Assembly (NCBI GenBank): GCA_028023455.1
Contig: JAQFVV010000006.1
Span: forward strand, 19,344,001-19,408,000
From: Epiperipatus broadwayi
Taxonomy: Eukaryota; Animalia; Onychophora
Length of the DNA stretch: 64,000 bases
Direction: 5' to 3'
This document shows, piece by piece, positions 49,900-62,864 of the stretch. How positions within the stretch are numbered: position 1 is the stretch's first letter; each line of letters begins with the position of its first letter. The notes below the pieces were generated by a model. It was not told where the DNA came from. It was given only the letters and a program-made list of their open reading frames with translations, and did no database searches. Position numbers and translations under genes: made by a program.

Positions 49900-51250
49900 T
49901 TTTATAATGCATTTACATTAGCACAAATCTAAAGCAAAAATTTGGCTTAGACAAACAATAAAGCTTTATATTCTAGGTTAAATAATTATTGAAAATAATT
50001 AATTTTTAAATCTATTGAAAAATGCATAGATATAATATAAGAACCTATATAATGAGCTTCTTCTAAAGAAAAGCTATTATCCATATTAACATTAAATGGA
50101 CGTCTCCTTTTTTTTGTACCACGCACGTATGTTATAATCTAACACACAACAAAACTTATATTAAACTAATAATAATAAAAAATACCTTGTATAACATTTC
50201 CTATATTATACATTTATGAGACGTTCTAGTAGACAACAATAATAAATATAATATTAAAAATAATAAAACACTTCTTAAACTATCACTATCTATCTAAATA
50301 CTATTAAATAATAATAAACTTTTCTTTCTTCTTTCCTGGGTTGAAAAACAAAAAGTTTGTTGCAGTTTAGAAATGACATCCCTTGGCCATATCTTAAATA
50401 ATAATAATTAGCACACAAATATAAATATTGATGAATACATAAAACATGTTCCTGCAGAAAAACAAACAACATTATTTGGGATCCATAGTAGCGCATTCAA
50501 TGTTTTTTTAGCAAAGCTAATAAACCGCTAGTAATATTGTGTAGGATAAATTTTTATTAATTAAGCAATAAACATTTTTTTTATCATGACGCAAATAAAG
50601 TAATAACTCATATTTCATTCCTGGGATATATTCAAGCATTCATTTTATATTTTTAGACCCATTCATGAATGTATATAATTATTTAACTAATATTTATTTA
50701 GATGAGTTTGTTGGCAATATTATAGATAGGGAAGTTCCACAGCAAATGAGAAGTGCAATTAATAAAGTAAATCCATATAATTTTATCCATTTTATAAATT
50801 CATTTCTCTTAATTTGGAAAAATAGATCAATTTTACCAACAAATTCAATTACACATTTAGTCTTAATTCTTTTTTTTTTATAGGCAAAAATAGAAAATGA
50901 TTAAGCAAATGTTCCAATAAAAATAACAATGAAATTAAATACTTCGTACCCCTCCTTCTTAATCTTTTATAACTAGCACAAAATTTATCATAAAGAGTTC
51001 TTAAAATGTTTAATAATAGTTCACATATTTTCCGGACATAATAAAGATATATGCACGCTTCAGTTGTTTTCTTAATACTATAATTAAAATTTGAGAAAAA
51101 TATTTGGAAAAATAAACATACATTCTTCTCTCTTCTTTCCAATTAAAGTTTAAATAAAATGATTTTGAAATATATTTACATACTTCCATTCCATCCTTCA
51201 TATTACTAATTAATTTTAAATATGTTATAATGCAGATACACTCATGCATT
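49900..51250 (-). pseudogene. Second GR-like chemoreceptor remnant
   Basis: Frame-hopping hydrophobic blocks (FNFIVIFIGTFA*SFSIFAY...VGKIDLFF...GFTLLIALLICC; YFICVMIKKMF; VISKLQQTF) and a strong acceptor TTTTTCTGCAG near 50454. Confidence 0.4.
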
Positions 51251-52148
51251 CAAAATAATGATTGAGAATTCTGAAACTGTCAATTAAGAATAAAATTAAT
51301 GTACCTTTAGGTCATTCACGCAATCATCCCGAAACTTTTTTAGGACTTTAAACTTTCAACTTGGCTTTTTTTCTTGGAAGAATAGGCTTTTAATAAAACT
51401 GCACTATCAAGCTTTGTTTAGATAATACTTTGGAGTTCTATCAGTAGAGAATCTGAGTTAGTAGTCCTCTTTGAATTATAATTAACCCTTTTTATATCCC
51501 TCAAAAAAATTATTACCCAGCATTTATTCTTCCAATCCAAAGTTGTTTGAAAGTTCAAAGGTCATCAGACAGAGACTAAGAATTAATTTATGCAAGAAAC
51601 TTTCTTGTAGAAAAAAAACTAGAAACAAAAAAAAACTATTTTGTCTTTTAAATAAATAAAAAAACATATTAAATATTAAATTGAACTAAGAATTAAACAT
51701 TCTGTATTCTTAAAGTAATAGAATAAAATTAATAACAATCATTTTAACAAATAAAATATTTTACAGCATATTTGTTGCTTAATAATTCACCAGTCCAGTG
51801 ATCCATCAATTCACTTAAAATGTAACTAAGCTGGTTTTAACACTATTAGTTATGAAATTAAATATTTGGATATGAGATGTGATATTTAATGATTTAATGA
51901 AGCATATGAATGAAAAATGAAATGGGACAATGATACAGACATATATGAATATTTACAAATAATGCACTACAATTGCCAAACTAATATGACTAAATAACTA
52001 TGTTAATGATGATAAGTGAAACATATTTCACTGTTTATACTATAAATTAAAATATGAAAAGTAAATGAACTAGAGAATCATTCAAACAAGTCTTAATATT
52101 TATTTGTGAACAAATAAAACAAATTAGCATCAACTCAAACTGAACTGA

Positions 52149-52705
52149 CTAAACATCACATAATCACCATCTCTATACTAGCACATAATTGTTGTAAACA
52201 AAGGCAAAACTCTCCATACAGTAATGCCACCCTGTGCCAAACAGAGTAATCAATGGATGCCAGAAGGCTTATGCATAAAATCCCTATCTAGTGCCTACTC
52301 ATCCAATATCCCAGATTAGTTTCTGGCTTGTGACCATCATCAATGAGGAGCCTTGGATCTGAGAGCACTGCACCTAGATCTTAGGATCAAATGCAACCCT
52401 CCAGTAGCCACCTTTTAACTCTACTTTACTACAGAACTATGAGAATAAAATTGAAAACAATATTTTCAATCTAAGCTCAATAGCTTATATAGTCATATGG
52501 GTCTGAACTCAATTCAGTACCCATACATTTTGGTGGCTTTGGCTCTTTAACAACCATAGCCACCACTATCCTATTAGGCAGGATTGGTGTTAAACCACTA
52601 AACATCACATGATCACCATCTCTATACTAGCACATAATTGTTGTAAACAAAGGCAAAACTCTCCATACAGGGTGGAACTATTGTATGGAGAGTTTTGCCT
52701 TTGTT
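52149..52705 (-). mobile_element. 449-bp unit of the hammerhead-bearing repeat, with head-to-tail overlap and a terminal fold-back
   Basis: 52149-52221 is repeated at 52598-52670. Palindrome at 52646-52705. Homologous to 29790-30475. Confidence 0.75.
52309..52350 (-). ncRNA. Best-preserved minimal type I hammerhead motif
   Basis: CTCCTCA TTGATGA TGGT-CACAA-GCCA GAAACTAATC TGGGA, one change each from CTGATGA and GAAACTAGTC. Confidence 0.65.
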
Positions 52706-53399
52706 CTGAACTGACTATGTTTATGACAAGCCATTTCCCTATCCTATCATTAATTATACCCTAAAGTAATACTAAACATCTAATAATTTTTAAATTACAC
52801 CTACAATTACTTCTAATCACAGTTTTAAGTCATAAATAAAAAAATTTAAAATTTTCATGTTATTTCATTTTTTTTAAAGAAGATAATATCAGATGTTACT
52901 GATGTAGCATTACACAATTCCAATTTAATATTTCTGGTGCCAAACCAGAAGGTCACAATATGTAATATATAGGGTATAAGCTTGGAAGGTCATGTGATTA
53001 TTTTGGTTAGCTATTAACAAGCTTTTATCAAAACATTATGAAGTGTGTTACAATATTCTACTAATTTGTGGATTCATTTCAAAGAATATCAGTATTTAAT
53101 ATCTCAACACAGATGTACGTGTAAGTTCTCTGGCAAAAGGATGGAATAATTTGACATTGCTTGCTGCTCCATATTTTATTCTAATCCAATATGGAGTTAC
53201 ATCATAACTATATTAAAAATTAAATTAGGCAAAACTATGTGTTACCATAAAAATGTAAAAACCTGAATTGTACAGAATTCTTAGGCATTCTATACAATGA
53301 CAGAACTGCTTAAATTTTTACACATTTCCAAGGTGTTCTATAAAATGCCAAAAGGAAAATCAGGAATGTATAAAATATTCTCAGCAATAAAATTTAATG

Positions 53400-53550
53400 T
53401 CACAAAGTAAGCACTCACCAGAGAAACCAATGATGTATGGATATGCATAAACTGTCAGCAAAACAATCATGTTGCCTGTGGATGTAAAGATGATGAAAGT
53501 AAGAACACTGAAGGTTATGATGTTAATGTGGTAAAATTCAATCTAAACTG
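53400..53550 (+). pseudogene. PHD-like Cys/His fragment, possibly the C-terminus of a pogo/CENP-B-type transposase
   Basis: WICINCQQNNHVACGC starting at 53438. Confidence 0.3.
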
Positions 53551-53923
53551 AATCTGGAAATGTAGGTCAAAAAAATAAAATAGATTCTGATAAATAATTT
53601 CCCTCTGCATCTTTGGACCACTGTGTGAGTTCCTATCTCAGATATTATCAAAGGATGGGATGGCTAACACAATGATTGGTGGGTATCATGGGTGTATTAT
53701 ATGATTATGCTTTTTCCAGACTTTGGAACTGATGAAGAAATTTTAAACCAACTCTATGCCAGACCACAATTCACTGTTATGTCATAAGAAGTTACAGAGA
53801 ATTGAAGATGGTTTTGAAAAAAAAATAGCTCTCTGTGCCACTTCTGCTTAATCCACAGGTAGTGTCTAAACATTTGTAAGGTGTACTTGTAGGACTAAGT
53901 TGCAAAATTTAAAAGTATTTTTG

Positions 53924-56285
53924 TATTACATTTTGGTCAGGATTACAGATGCAACCTACAGAAAATAATACCAGTATTACAATTAATATATTTTTATATT
54001 CACAAATATATACAATACATAATACTATAGTTATAATGTGAACTCTTAGATCTGGGTCTTGTCATTCTACCACTTCCCGCTACACCTGATAGCTTGCCTC
54101 ATGGATAGGGAGAATGACTCTTCCAGCTATATAAGACAGCTTGCCTTCCAATTCCTCTGTGGACTTGCCTAGCTGCATGGAGAAATAGTGTATTGCAATC
54201 ATGGAAATGCTTACTGCTGTCCAGGTTACTTCTCTGGGAGAACACACGTACCATCTTTGTAGGTTAGATACATGTTCTCCCCCATTTCTCCCCAAAGGCT
54301 GATCATTTATAGCCAGATCCCTGACCTTACTGGAAACATTCAGATTCAGCAATCATCACTGCTTATTGGAATGTACTCATCATTGACTGGGTTTAGCTGT
54401 ACATCAGCCAATTTGCCAGCAGCAAAATGTTTAATCCGATCAGATAAAGGAATCTGGAATAGTCCATTTCCAAAGGTAAGAAGAACTATGGCATTCTCCC
54501 CCTGGCTAAAATTATCCTAGAGAACATAGTCATGCAGGGGTGCTAGAGGATGACTAATCCACTTCAGTGCTTCTCCTGGTTTGCAGCAATCTTTTGTTTG
54601 TTGGTCCTCGTTGCTGCAATCCTTGTCCCTGGAGATTCATGCTTCACTTAATGAACTTGTTCCTGGCTGTTTCTTGCTTTCATCGAGTCAACTATATTAG
54701 CCATTCTTTATTTTCCTTTGGTATAATGTAAGAAAAATATTTACTTCATATTTATTGTGAGTACCACTCGATATTGCTATTTTTGACAGACTTTTTACTC
54801 TGCTAGGACAAGCTTCTGTCTTTTTTAGAATGACCAATTTTGATTTTTTTTGATTGATTTATAAACTGCGAATCATGTTTGTGGTCAATTTCTTTAACCG
54901 TCTTGTGGAAAAACGTTTTCTCAATATCATGAATCTGTTTTTTATTCAGGCTACAATGAGATATTTAATTATTCCCTTAAAGTAAATACGACATCCAACT
55001 CAGCTTGGGAACATGTATGTGTTTTTCCAGCCATGGGGGAAAATTCTTTAGTTGTACTGTGTCAAGAATCTGTTGGATTGAACAGTATTTATGTGTGATT
55101 TAATAATCACCAATTCGTAACGTAATGAGTGTCTATATAAATGTGCACACGTGTATTTATACTCCCATTTTTTTTCCAGCTGAGGGAAAAAATTCTTTTG
55201 ACTGACTGCACCAAAATCTATTGACTTGGGCAGTATTTAAGTGTGATTTAATAATCACATAAACTTAAAATGACAGTCTATATAAGTGTGCACTCGCGTA
55301 TTTACATTCCCATTTTTTTTCCAGCCATGGGAAAAAAATTCTTTTGTCAGACTGCACCAAAATCTGTTGACTTGGGCAGTATTTAAGTGTGATTTCATAA
55401 TCACATAAACTTAAATGAGTGTCTATATAAGTTAACACTTGCATATTTACATTCCCATGTTTTTGCCAGCTGTGGGAAAAAATTCTGTCTCACTGCACGA
55501 AAAATCTGTTGATTTGGATAGTATTTAAGTGTGATTTAATAATTACATAAACTTAAATGAGTGTCTATAAGTGCACACTCATATTTATGCTCCCATTTTT
55601 TTCCAGCCATGGAGAAAGCTCCTATTTTTCCCCAGCTGTAGGGATATTCTTTTGTCTGACTGCGCCAAAAATTTGTTGTGTTTGGTCTGGATTACAGACC
55701 CAACTTACAGAAAATAATACTAACACCAGTATTACAATTAATATATTTATTACATTCACATATATATACAATAAATAACACTATAGTTATAATGTGAACT
55801 CTTAGATTCGGATCTTGTGGTTCTACCGCTTCCAGCTACACTTGATAGCTTGCCTCACAGGTAGGGAGAATGATTCTTCCGGCTGTACAAGACAGCTGGT
55901 CTCGAATCAACAATAGCCTTATCAGTGTCCAGTCCCTCTGTGGACTTGCCTAGATGCATGGACAAATAGTATATTGCTATCGTGAGAATGCTTACTGCTG
56001 TTCAGGTTAGCAGGGCTTCCCTGAGAGAACGCTTACTGTCTATATAGGTCAGACAAACATTTCTCTCCCCCACTTCTCCCAAAAGGCTGACCATTTACAG
56101 CCAGATCCCTGATCTTATTGTAAACTTTTGTATTCAGCAAGCATCACTGTTTCTTAGCCTGTACTCATCATTGGCTATGTGTTTAGCTGAACATCAGCCT
56201 ACTGGCCAGCAGCAAACAATGCTTAATCCGATCAGATGAAGTAATCTGGTATAGTCCACTTGTGAGAGAGAGGAGGATCATGACA
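53924..56285 (-). mobile_element. Non-autonomous LTR element of the same Mag-like lineage (TRIM/LARD-like)
   Basis: Diverged LTRs at 53924-54493 and 55674-56285. PPT AGGGGGAGAA next to 54493. PBS TGGCGCAGTC below 55674. The gag start (AAAGAATGGCTAA, ATG 54704) is fused almost directly to the 3' end. The TSD is imperfect (TTTG/CTTG). Confidence 0.88.
55020..55673 (-). repeat. ~145-bp tandem array (about 4.5 units), each unit with CAACA + PBS-like TGG(T/C)GCAGTC
   Basis: CCAGC anchors at 55027, 55176, 55321, 55466 and 55603. GACTGCACCAAAATCTGTTG-type motifs at ~55054, 55204, 55350, 55491 and 55658. Confidence 0.92.
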
Positions 56286-56659
56286 CTTGTGAAAATCAAA
56301 ATTCCATTACAGTCTACTTAGTAACAAGTAATTCTGCACCAATTTTATTTTTATGTAGAAAAATCCCATATTTTATATTTTGTATTTGTTACATTTTCTC
56401 TTATATATTTTCAATAATTCTTTTCCATACTTTGTCAGAATACTATTTGGCATTCTTTATAATGCTAGGTATTCTATACAATGATTAGGGAAAGTACTAA
56501 AAAATTTATAATAAAGGTTAAATTTCATGCTGTGCCCAAAAAAGGCATACATTGTATTGAATCTGTAAACAATCTATACAATGCCGGCTTTTCACAATTA
56601 GCCAGTCATATACATAATAACTAGAATTTAATTTTATACATATTCAAGAAAATAAGCAT

Positions 56660-57050
56660 GAAAAAAAAAAGAAAAAAAGTATAAGACAAATAAAATAGAA
56701 CTTAAAGGAGATGCTCAAGAACGTTGAAAGGATTCCCACAATCAATTAAGAATTCTTTAAAAAAATTACAGAGAGCACTAAAAGAGGAACTAGAGGAAAG
56801 AGAAAGATTTATAAGATATTAAAATATAATGCAGCCAGAGCATTCAAAAAGAAATTAAAAAATCATAGAGAAAATAAACAATTAAGCATATATTCAAATT
56901 TATATTGATAACAGACAAATTAAGGGTGAAAAAGTGAACAGGAGATGTTTAGAGAAGGAATGATATAACATAAAGAGCAGAAAGGGAAAAAATAATTTGG
57001 AAAAAGCTCAAAGGAGAATAGAAATAAAAATAGATTTTTTTAAATATCCC
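56660..57050 (+). mobile_element. Probable LINE ORF2 linker fragment
   Basis: Purine-rich, Lys/Glu/Arg-coding tract like the endonuclease-RT linker at 14400-15200. No catalytic motif visible. Confidence 0.3.
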
Positions 57051-57419
57051 TTTGTATATAAATAAATTCATGTTAACTATTTAATAATGAATAAAACAAG
57101 ACCCATCAATTAATAATACAAGGATCATCTAGCCTCCTGCTTTTGTACTGTCTGAGCTAAGAATGATTTTAAATTATTAAAATACATATATCATTGTAAA
57201 AACAAATTTGAATTTTGGTATCCATGAGTAAAAGTTTTATTGGAATACAAGCATAATCACCACTAACTGCATATGCCTATTAGACCAGCAGCTAAGCAGT
57301 GACATCTCAACAGCATTTCAAGAACACATTTTGCTCACAATGTGATGTTTGATTTTTCAGTAGAGTTCTGATCTATTATGTCAGCCGCTTGATGGTGTTG
57401 AAGCTAAGCAAAAACACAT

Positions 57420-58050
57420 AGACATAACATTCCTGGATCAGCACTATTGACTTTATTTTTGGAATAAAAAATAAAAGTAAATTATATTACAATTTACACC
57501 AAATTAAAAAATTCAAACAAAATATAAAAATGAAAGCTGACTTTTTAGATTTTTAGGTACAGTAATTAATCAGAGCTTTTGTGTGTGTGTGTCAATAAAA
57601 AAATACGTTACTTTCTAATAGCAAATAATAGTATATTAGAAACTTTTTTTGGACAGGGAATTAATCAGAGGCTGGCTTTTTTGGGTGTGGAGATATAAAA
57701 AGTTATGCTCCTTTTTTAATAGAAAATAAGAGTAAATTATATTACAATTTCCACAAAATTTAAAAATTCAAATAAAATTTTTAAATGAAAACCAACTTTG
57801 ACTTTTTGGGGCAGTAATTAATCAGAGGGCTGGCATTTTTTTTGTGTGTGGGTATTTATATAAAAACTTATGGTACGTTATTTTTTTAATAACAAATAAT
57901 AGTAAATAGAGTGGAAAGGTTATGTTACTTTTCTAATAAAAAATAAAAGTAAATTTTACCCTTTTTTGGATAGTAATTAATCAGACACAGTGTTTTGGGA
58001 AAAAGTAAATTCGATTGCAATTTACCCATTAAATAATTATAACAAACTAT
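57420..58050 (+). repeat. Dispersed repeat with internal sub-repeats
   Basis: AATTAATCAGA recurs at ~57564, 57659, 57816 and 57975, with repeated AAAGTAAATTATATTACAATTT blocks. Homologous to 1-200. Confidence 0.8.
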
Positions 58051-58059
58051 TAAAATGAA

Positions 58060-58260
58060 AGCCGACTCCGGTGTCTGGCAATTGCCAATTTTCAGAGTTC
58101 AAAGCAGCCATCTTACTTGTCTCGGACAATTTCTCACAGATACATTACTTTCATCTGGATCTTCGAAATAGTGCTATGCCCCACCCTAAAATCCAATTTG
58201 TGAGAGTTGCATAGTCCTGATAAAACAGTGATGACACTGTTAGAAGGTACCAGTAGGTCA
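58060..58260 (-). mobile_element. PIF/Harbinger transposase fragment
   Basis: Minus-strand DFRVGHSTISKI matches the FRxGxSTIS helix-turn-helix motif of Harbinger transposases. Confidence 0.4.
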
Positions 58261-59672
58261 GTTCACATGAAAAAAAAGATGTTGAAACTGAAAAGTTAAA
58301 TTATTTTGACACGATGCAGTCAACACAATAGAGCATTATGATAAAGTGTGTAACACAAGCAACTATGGCAGTTAATGAAGGCATTTTTCTGCACTTTTAA
58401 TATAAAAAGAAGCCACAGTGGTAGCAGAGTAAATGGACTCTTTCTGTGTTTTATTGCAGAAAAAAGGCTATCAGCTTGGCTGCAGCTTTGGAAATGGCAT
58501 ATTTCTAGCAATTTAGCTAGAAATAGCACCACTAAGTGGCTGACATGATAGAACAGAACACTACTGATTTTTCTATTATTAGTGAGTACTCATTATTATC
58601 TATAAAAGAAAGATGATTTTTGTTAGTTGCATTACTAATGCACAACAATGGGTGACTTATTTTTACCGAACTAAATGCCAGCTCAATCTTTTATATATGC
58701 AATGTGACTATGATAAAATAAGTGTAATAAAACCAACTAAGTGATCATTACAATATTATCAATTCAAAAGAAAGTCAGAAAAAATAGTATCTTTTTACAT
58801 AAAAATGGAAATAAGGCTGCAGTTAAAGTAATTTTCTAAATTATTTATTTATTAACCAATCAAGATAAAGATGTTTACCATTAAAACAAAACATCTCATT
58901 AGAGAAGAATTATTTTTAAAAATAAAATAAAAAATCATTTTCTGATGATGAATTAATTAATCATACACATTTATAACACAGAAATGTGTCCAGAGAAAAT
59001 AAATTTAAGACTAAAAGCAATGTGTAAATATGTGCTCCAACTTTCACAACTTTAAATAAAGCAAATGAAATTTGCTTAATATAAATAAGATTCAAGTCTA
59101 TTCTGATCTGTTGTTGATAATATTTTGGTCTTGGTGCAGACAATGAAGGGATTCTCCCAAAAACAATAATGTGAGCCTTGTATTGTCATTATTTAGAATT
59201 CAGAAAATCTTATTTAAATAATGATCTAATATGGAGTACTTTAAAGCTAAAATTCATAATATTAGCTTTATTAAATGTCTAAATAATATTCTTAATCATA
59301 AAGATCGAAATATTTATTATTTGAACCTTAGTTAAAGTTTTCCAAGCACTATGATAATAAATGATGTGAAACAGTTCATGAAGGATAAATGGAAAGCTCT
59401 GACAACACAAATATAAATATTCAGATTTCATTGTGAATAAAATTATTCACATATAATGATGTGATGGCTGTCAAGATACAAACCAATATATTATTTTAAA
59501 CTTTTCATTTAAAAATGTTTGAAAGTTAGTAGAATATAATTATAATACACTTAAAAAATAGTTTGCAATTGTGTCCTGAGGTTTCTAAGACGAGTCAGGC
59601 AGTGATAATAATAATAATAATAATAGTAGAATAAATTAGTGATAATAATAATATATACAAAAATTTATATAT

Positions 59673-60192
59673 TGTAATGGTTGGTGAATACACAGATGTC
59701 CCGGTCCAAAAATACACTTGGATACATCTATAAACTTCAATAATCAGCTGGTTCGACCACAATGTGTAATCAACTTACACCAAATCTATATGTGCTGGTA
59801 CACCTATCTTTCATGTCCCAAAGCTGATAGCACCAGATGTAATGGTCTGGTCCAACCACCTATATAGGAGAAAGAGAGCAAGATCGCATCTAACTACAGT
59901 TGGACCTAGGGTCTTCATCTAAGATAGCAGAGATGACATGATGAAGTACATGACCCATGATTATATCCATATTTAATAGATTAGCCTAAGCATTATCTAT
60001 CAAATCTACATGTAATTGAAATCAGTTCATCTAACAGCTCACCACTCATTTTCGGAACCATTGCCTCAGATATTCGAACTCGGGAAGAATTTGCGTTCGA
60101 CTGTCTTAACAGGGATGTACCTATGCAAACTATCAATCAATAACTAAAATAACTCATCCTATCCATTAGTAAGAAATAACCTTTATTTAACA
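59673..60192. mobile_element. Possible solo LTR (~520 bp)
   Basis: GC-richer block bounded by TGTAA and TAACA. No TSD match. Confidence 0.35.
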
Positions 60193-61510
60193 TTTTTCTC
60201 TCGTGCTTATCAAACAGTAATGTGTGTGTGCATGTGTAAAATATTGGTTATAGGATTGAATGTAATGTTGGATTGAATGTAAATGCTGGATCAACAAAAC
60301 TACAAAGACCTTGTCAATTAACAAAACTTCATAATATTTATTTACAAAAACCAAATATATTCAAAACATAAAACAAATTATCAATTAATATAGAAAAGAA
60401 AAATTCCAAAAAAAAAAAACATATTTACAAGTGCAAATAAATTATTTGGATATATCCCTCTGTACTTATAACTTTTCTGTATATGATGAGTATCTATCAT
60501 TTTGTTAATTTAACAATTTTAAACTATTTACCATTATTTCCCATGATAGACATCCATAATATAGACATCTATATATCCAAAATAATGAAAAATTTATTAA
60601 ATAAAAGTGAGATTGCTAACTAAATTAAAAATTTTAATGAAACTCTGAATGCAGTATGCAGTTTTAAGTGTGGAAATTGATTAATCTAAAATAATCATCT
60701 TGCATATCTAGATATCATGTAACAAAAAAATATAATAATAAATCAACACATGATATGAAAGAAAAGAAAATTATAAAAAATATTAATTTAAAAGCGTTAA
60801 TTATTTATTCATTATAAAGATCTTAAGAATATTATTAGTAACACATATAATATATACTACAAATAGTTATGTCACGTTGTGGCATTGGTTATTTTAGTGA
60901 CTTTAAAAGAGAGACACTCTTACCATTTAAGTATTCTGTTTGAGCACTCAATTTCATATTCATAGATGAAAATCAAGTATTTTGGCAGAAAAATTACCTA
61001 AATTTTATTAAAAACAAAAAGAAAAAAGACTTTTCAACATTCCTCCCTACTTTCTTATGTTGGACTGTTCCATATTGAATTATCATTAGTACTTCCGAAA
61101 TATAAGACTGAGATAATAAATAAAAAAATAAATACAGATCTATACAAAAGAAAATAAAACATGATTTTACAATATTTCATGAATCAATAGGATTAGGCAT
61201 ACTTATTCTTCAAAGTCCTTCTTACATAAACAGTTCTCACAATTTATGCATTTTTTTATTATAGATACTGAGAACTCCTAATTGATTTTGAATAGCACAT
61301 TCTGAACTTATTTAAATTGGCAGTGGGTGGTTTTGTGTTACTCCTCATGTAGATTTCCATCTTGTATGGATCCAGCTTATCAGGCACTTAAATTGTAGAC
61401 AGTTAAATATTAATTTTTACATGGCCATAGTGGATAAATGCTCCACCTGAAGACAATCAATCATTCTAGCCAAAGTAAATCATATTTTAACTATATACAC
61501 AGGTTTATAT

Positions 61511-62349
61511 AAATAAGCATTTATTTTTATATTTATATATATTTTTTATACAGCACAATGTTTTATAAATTGTAATACATTAAAGATCAGCCTTTCAAGC
61601 TATTGTGCATGCACTTTTTACGAGTGTTAATAATAAATGAATACTTTCACTCCCAACACAAGATATAGTATTTATGAAAGAATAAAATGAATCCACTTAT
61701 TCTTTGAAACCCAAATGCTTATATATGGGCAAATCTTAAGTACTGGAAATGAAAGCGTGAGGATAGACCACTCACTTTAAATTACTGTTTATGATGTCTG
61801 AATGAATGATGTTGACAAAATTATCTAGAATTTACTAAACATCACTCCCAAATGAAACTTAAACATATGTAAATAAGCATTTATTTTTATATAGCGCAAT
61901 GTTTTATAAATTGTAATACATTAAAGATCAGCCTTTCAAGCTATTGTGCATGTGCTTTTTACGAGTGTTAATAATAAATGAATACTTTCACTCCCAACAC
62001 AAGATATAGTATTTATGAAAGAATAAAATGAATCCACTTATTCATAGAAACCCAAATGCTTATATATGGGTAAATCTTAAGTACTGGAAATGAAAGTGTG
62101 AGGATAGACCACTCAATTTAAATTACTGTTTATGATGTCTGAATGAATGACGTCGACAAAATTATCTAGAATTTACTAAACATCATTCTCAAATGAAACT
62201 TAAACATATGTAAATAAGCATTTATTTTTATATATAGCACAATGTTTTATAAATTGTAATACATTAAAGATCAGCCTTTCATGCTATTGTGCATGCACTT
62301 ACGCGCATGCACAATAGCTTGAAAGGCTGATCTTTAATGTATTACAATT
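61511..62349 (+). repeat. ~345-bp tandem repeat (about 2.3 units) ending in a 98-bp fold-back
   Basis: Units start at 61511, 61871 and 62212. Palindrome 62252-62349 has 45-bp arms and an 8-nt loop. Confidence 0.93.
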
Positions 62350-62864
62350 AGTCAACATATATATAAATTTGTATGATTTTTTTTATCAAGATTTATATTT
62401 TCTTAAAGACTATAATTTTATTACTAATATATGTGTGTTTTTTTACTATAAATTACCAATCATTCCCAATACTTAATATACAATTAGTACACTGTTATAA
62501 CTATTTAAACATTTATATATTTTTAAAAGTGTTCTAGCAAAACTTATTATTAATTTGATCTTTACATGCTAATTAAAGAAAAAACAATCCAATATTTCAG
62601 GTGGCTAAGGTTTGTTGTGGGTGCAATCTTAAGCTACCCACACAATATATAACAATATTTATTCAACAACCATAATAATGAGGTAAAAACATTAAGAAAT
62701 GTAATAATTTAAATTAAATCAACTGTGATTGATCCTTAAGTGGAAATATTTATTCATGCAAGAAGTCAATCAATTTAGCATGTATTTTCCTATTTAAATG
62801 TCTCTTGCACATGCACACATATATATTAGCAAATACATATACAGTAGTCCTTTAGGTACAACTA

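Noticed and set aside
54080-54520. ORFs 54080-54352 and 54272-54520
   Set aside because: Chance frames within an LTR.
55020-55673. 145-bp array as a repeat-spacer system
   Set aside because: Whole units are homologous end to end, with no unique spacer segments.
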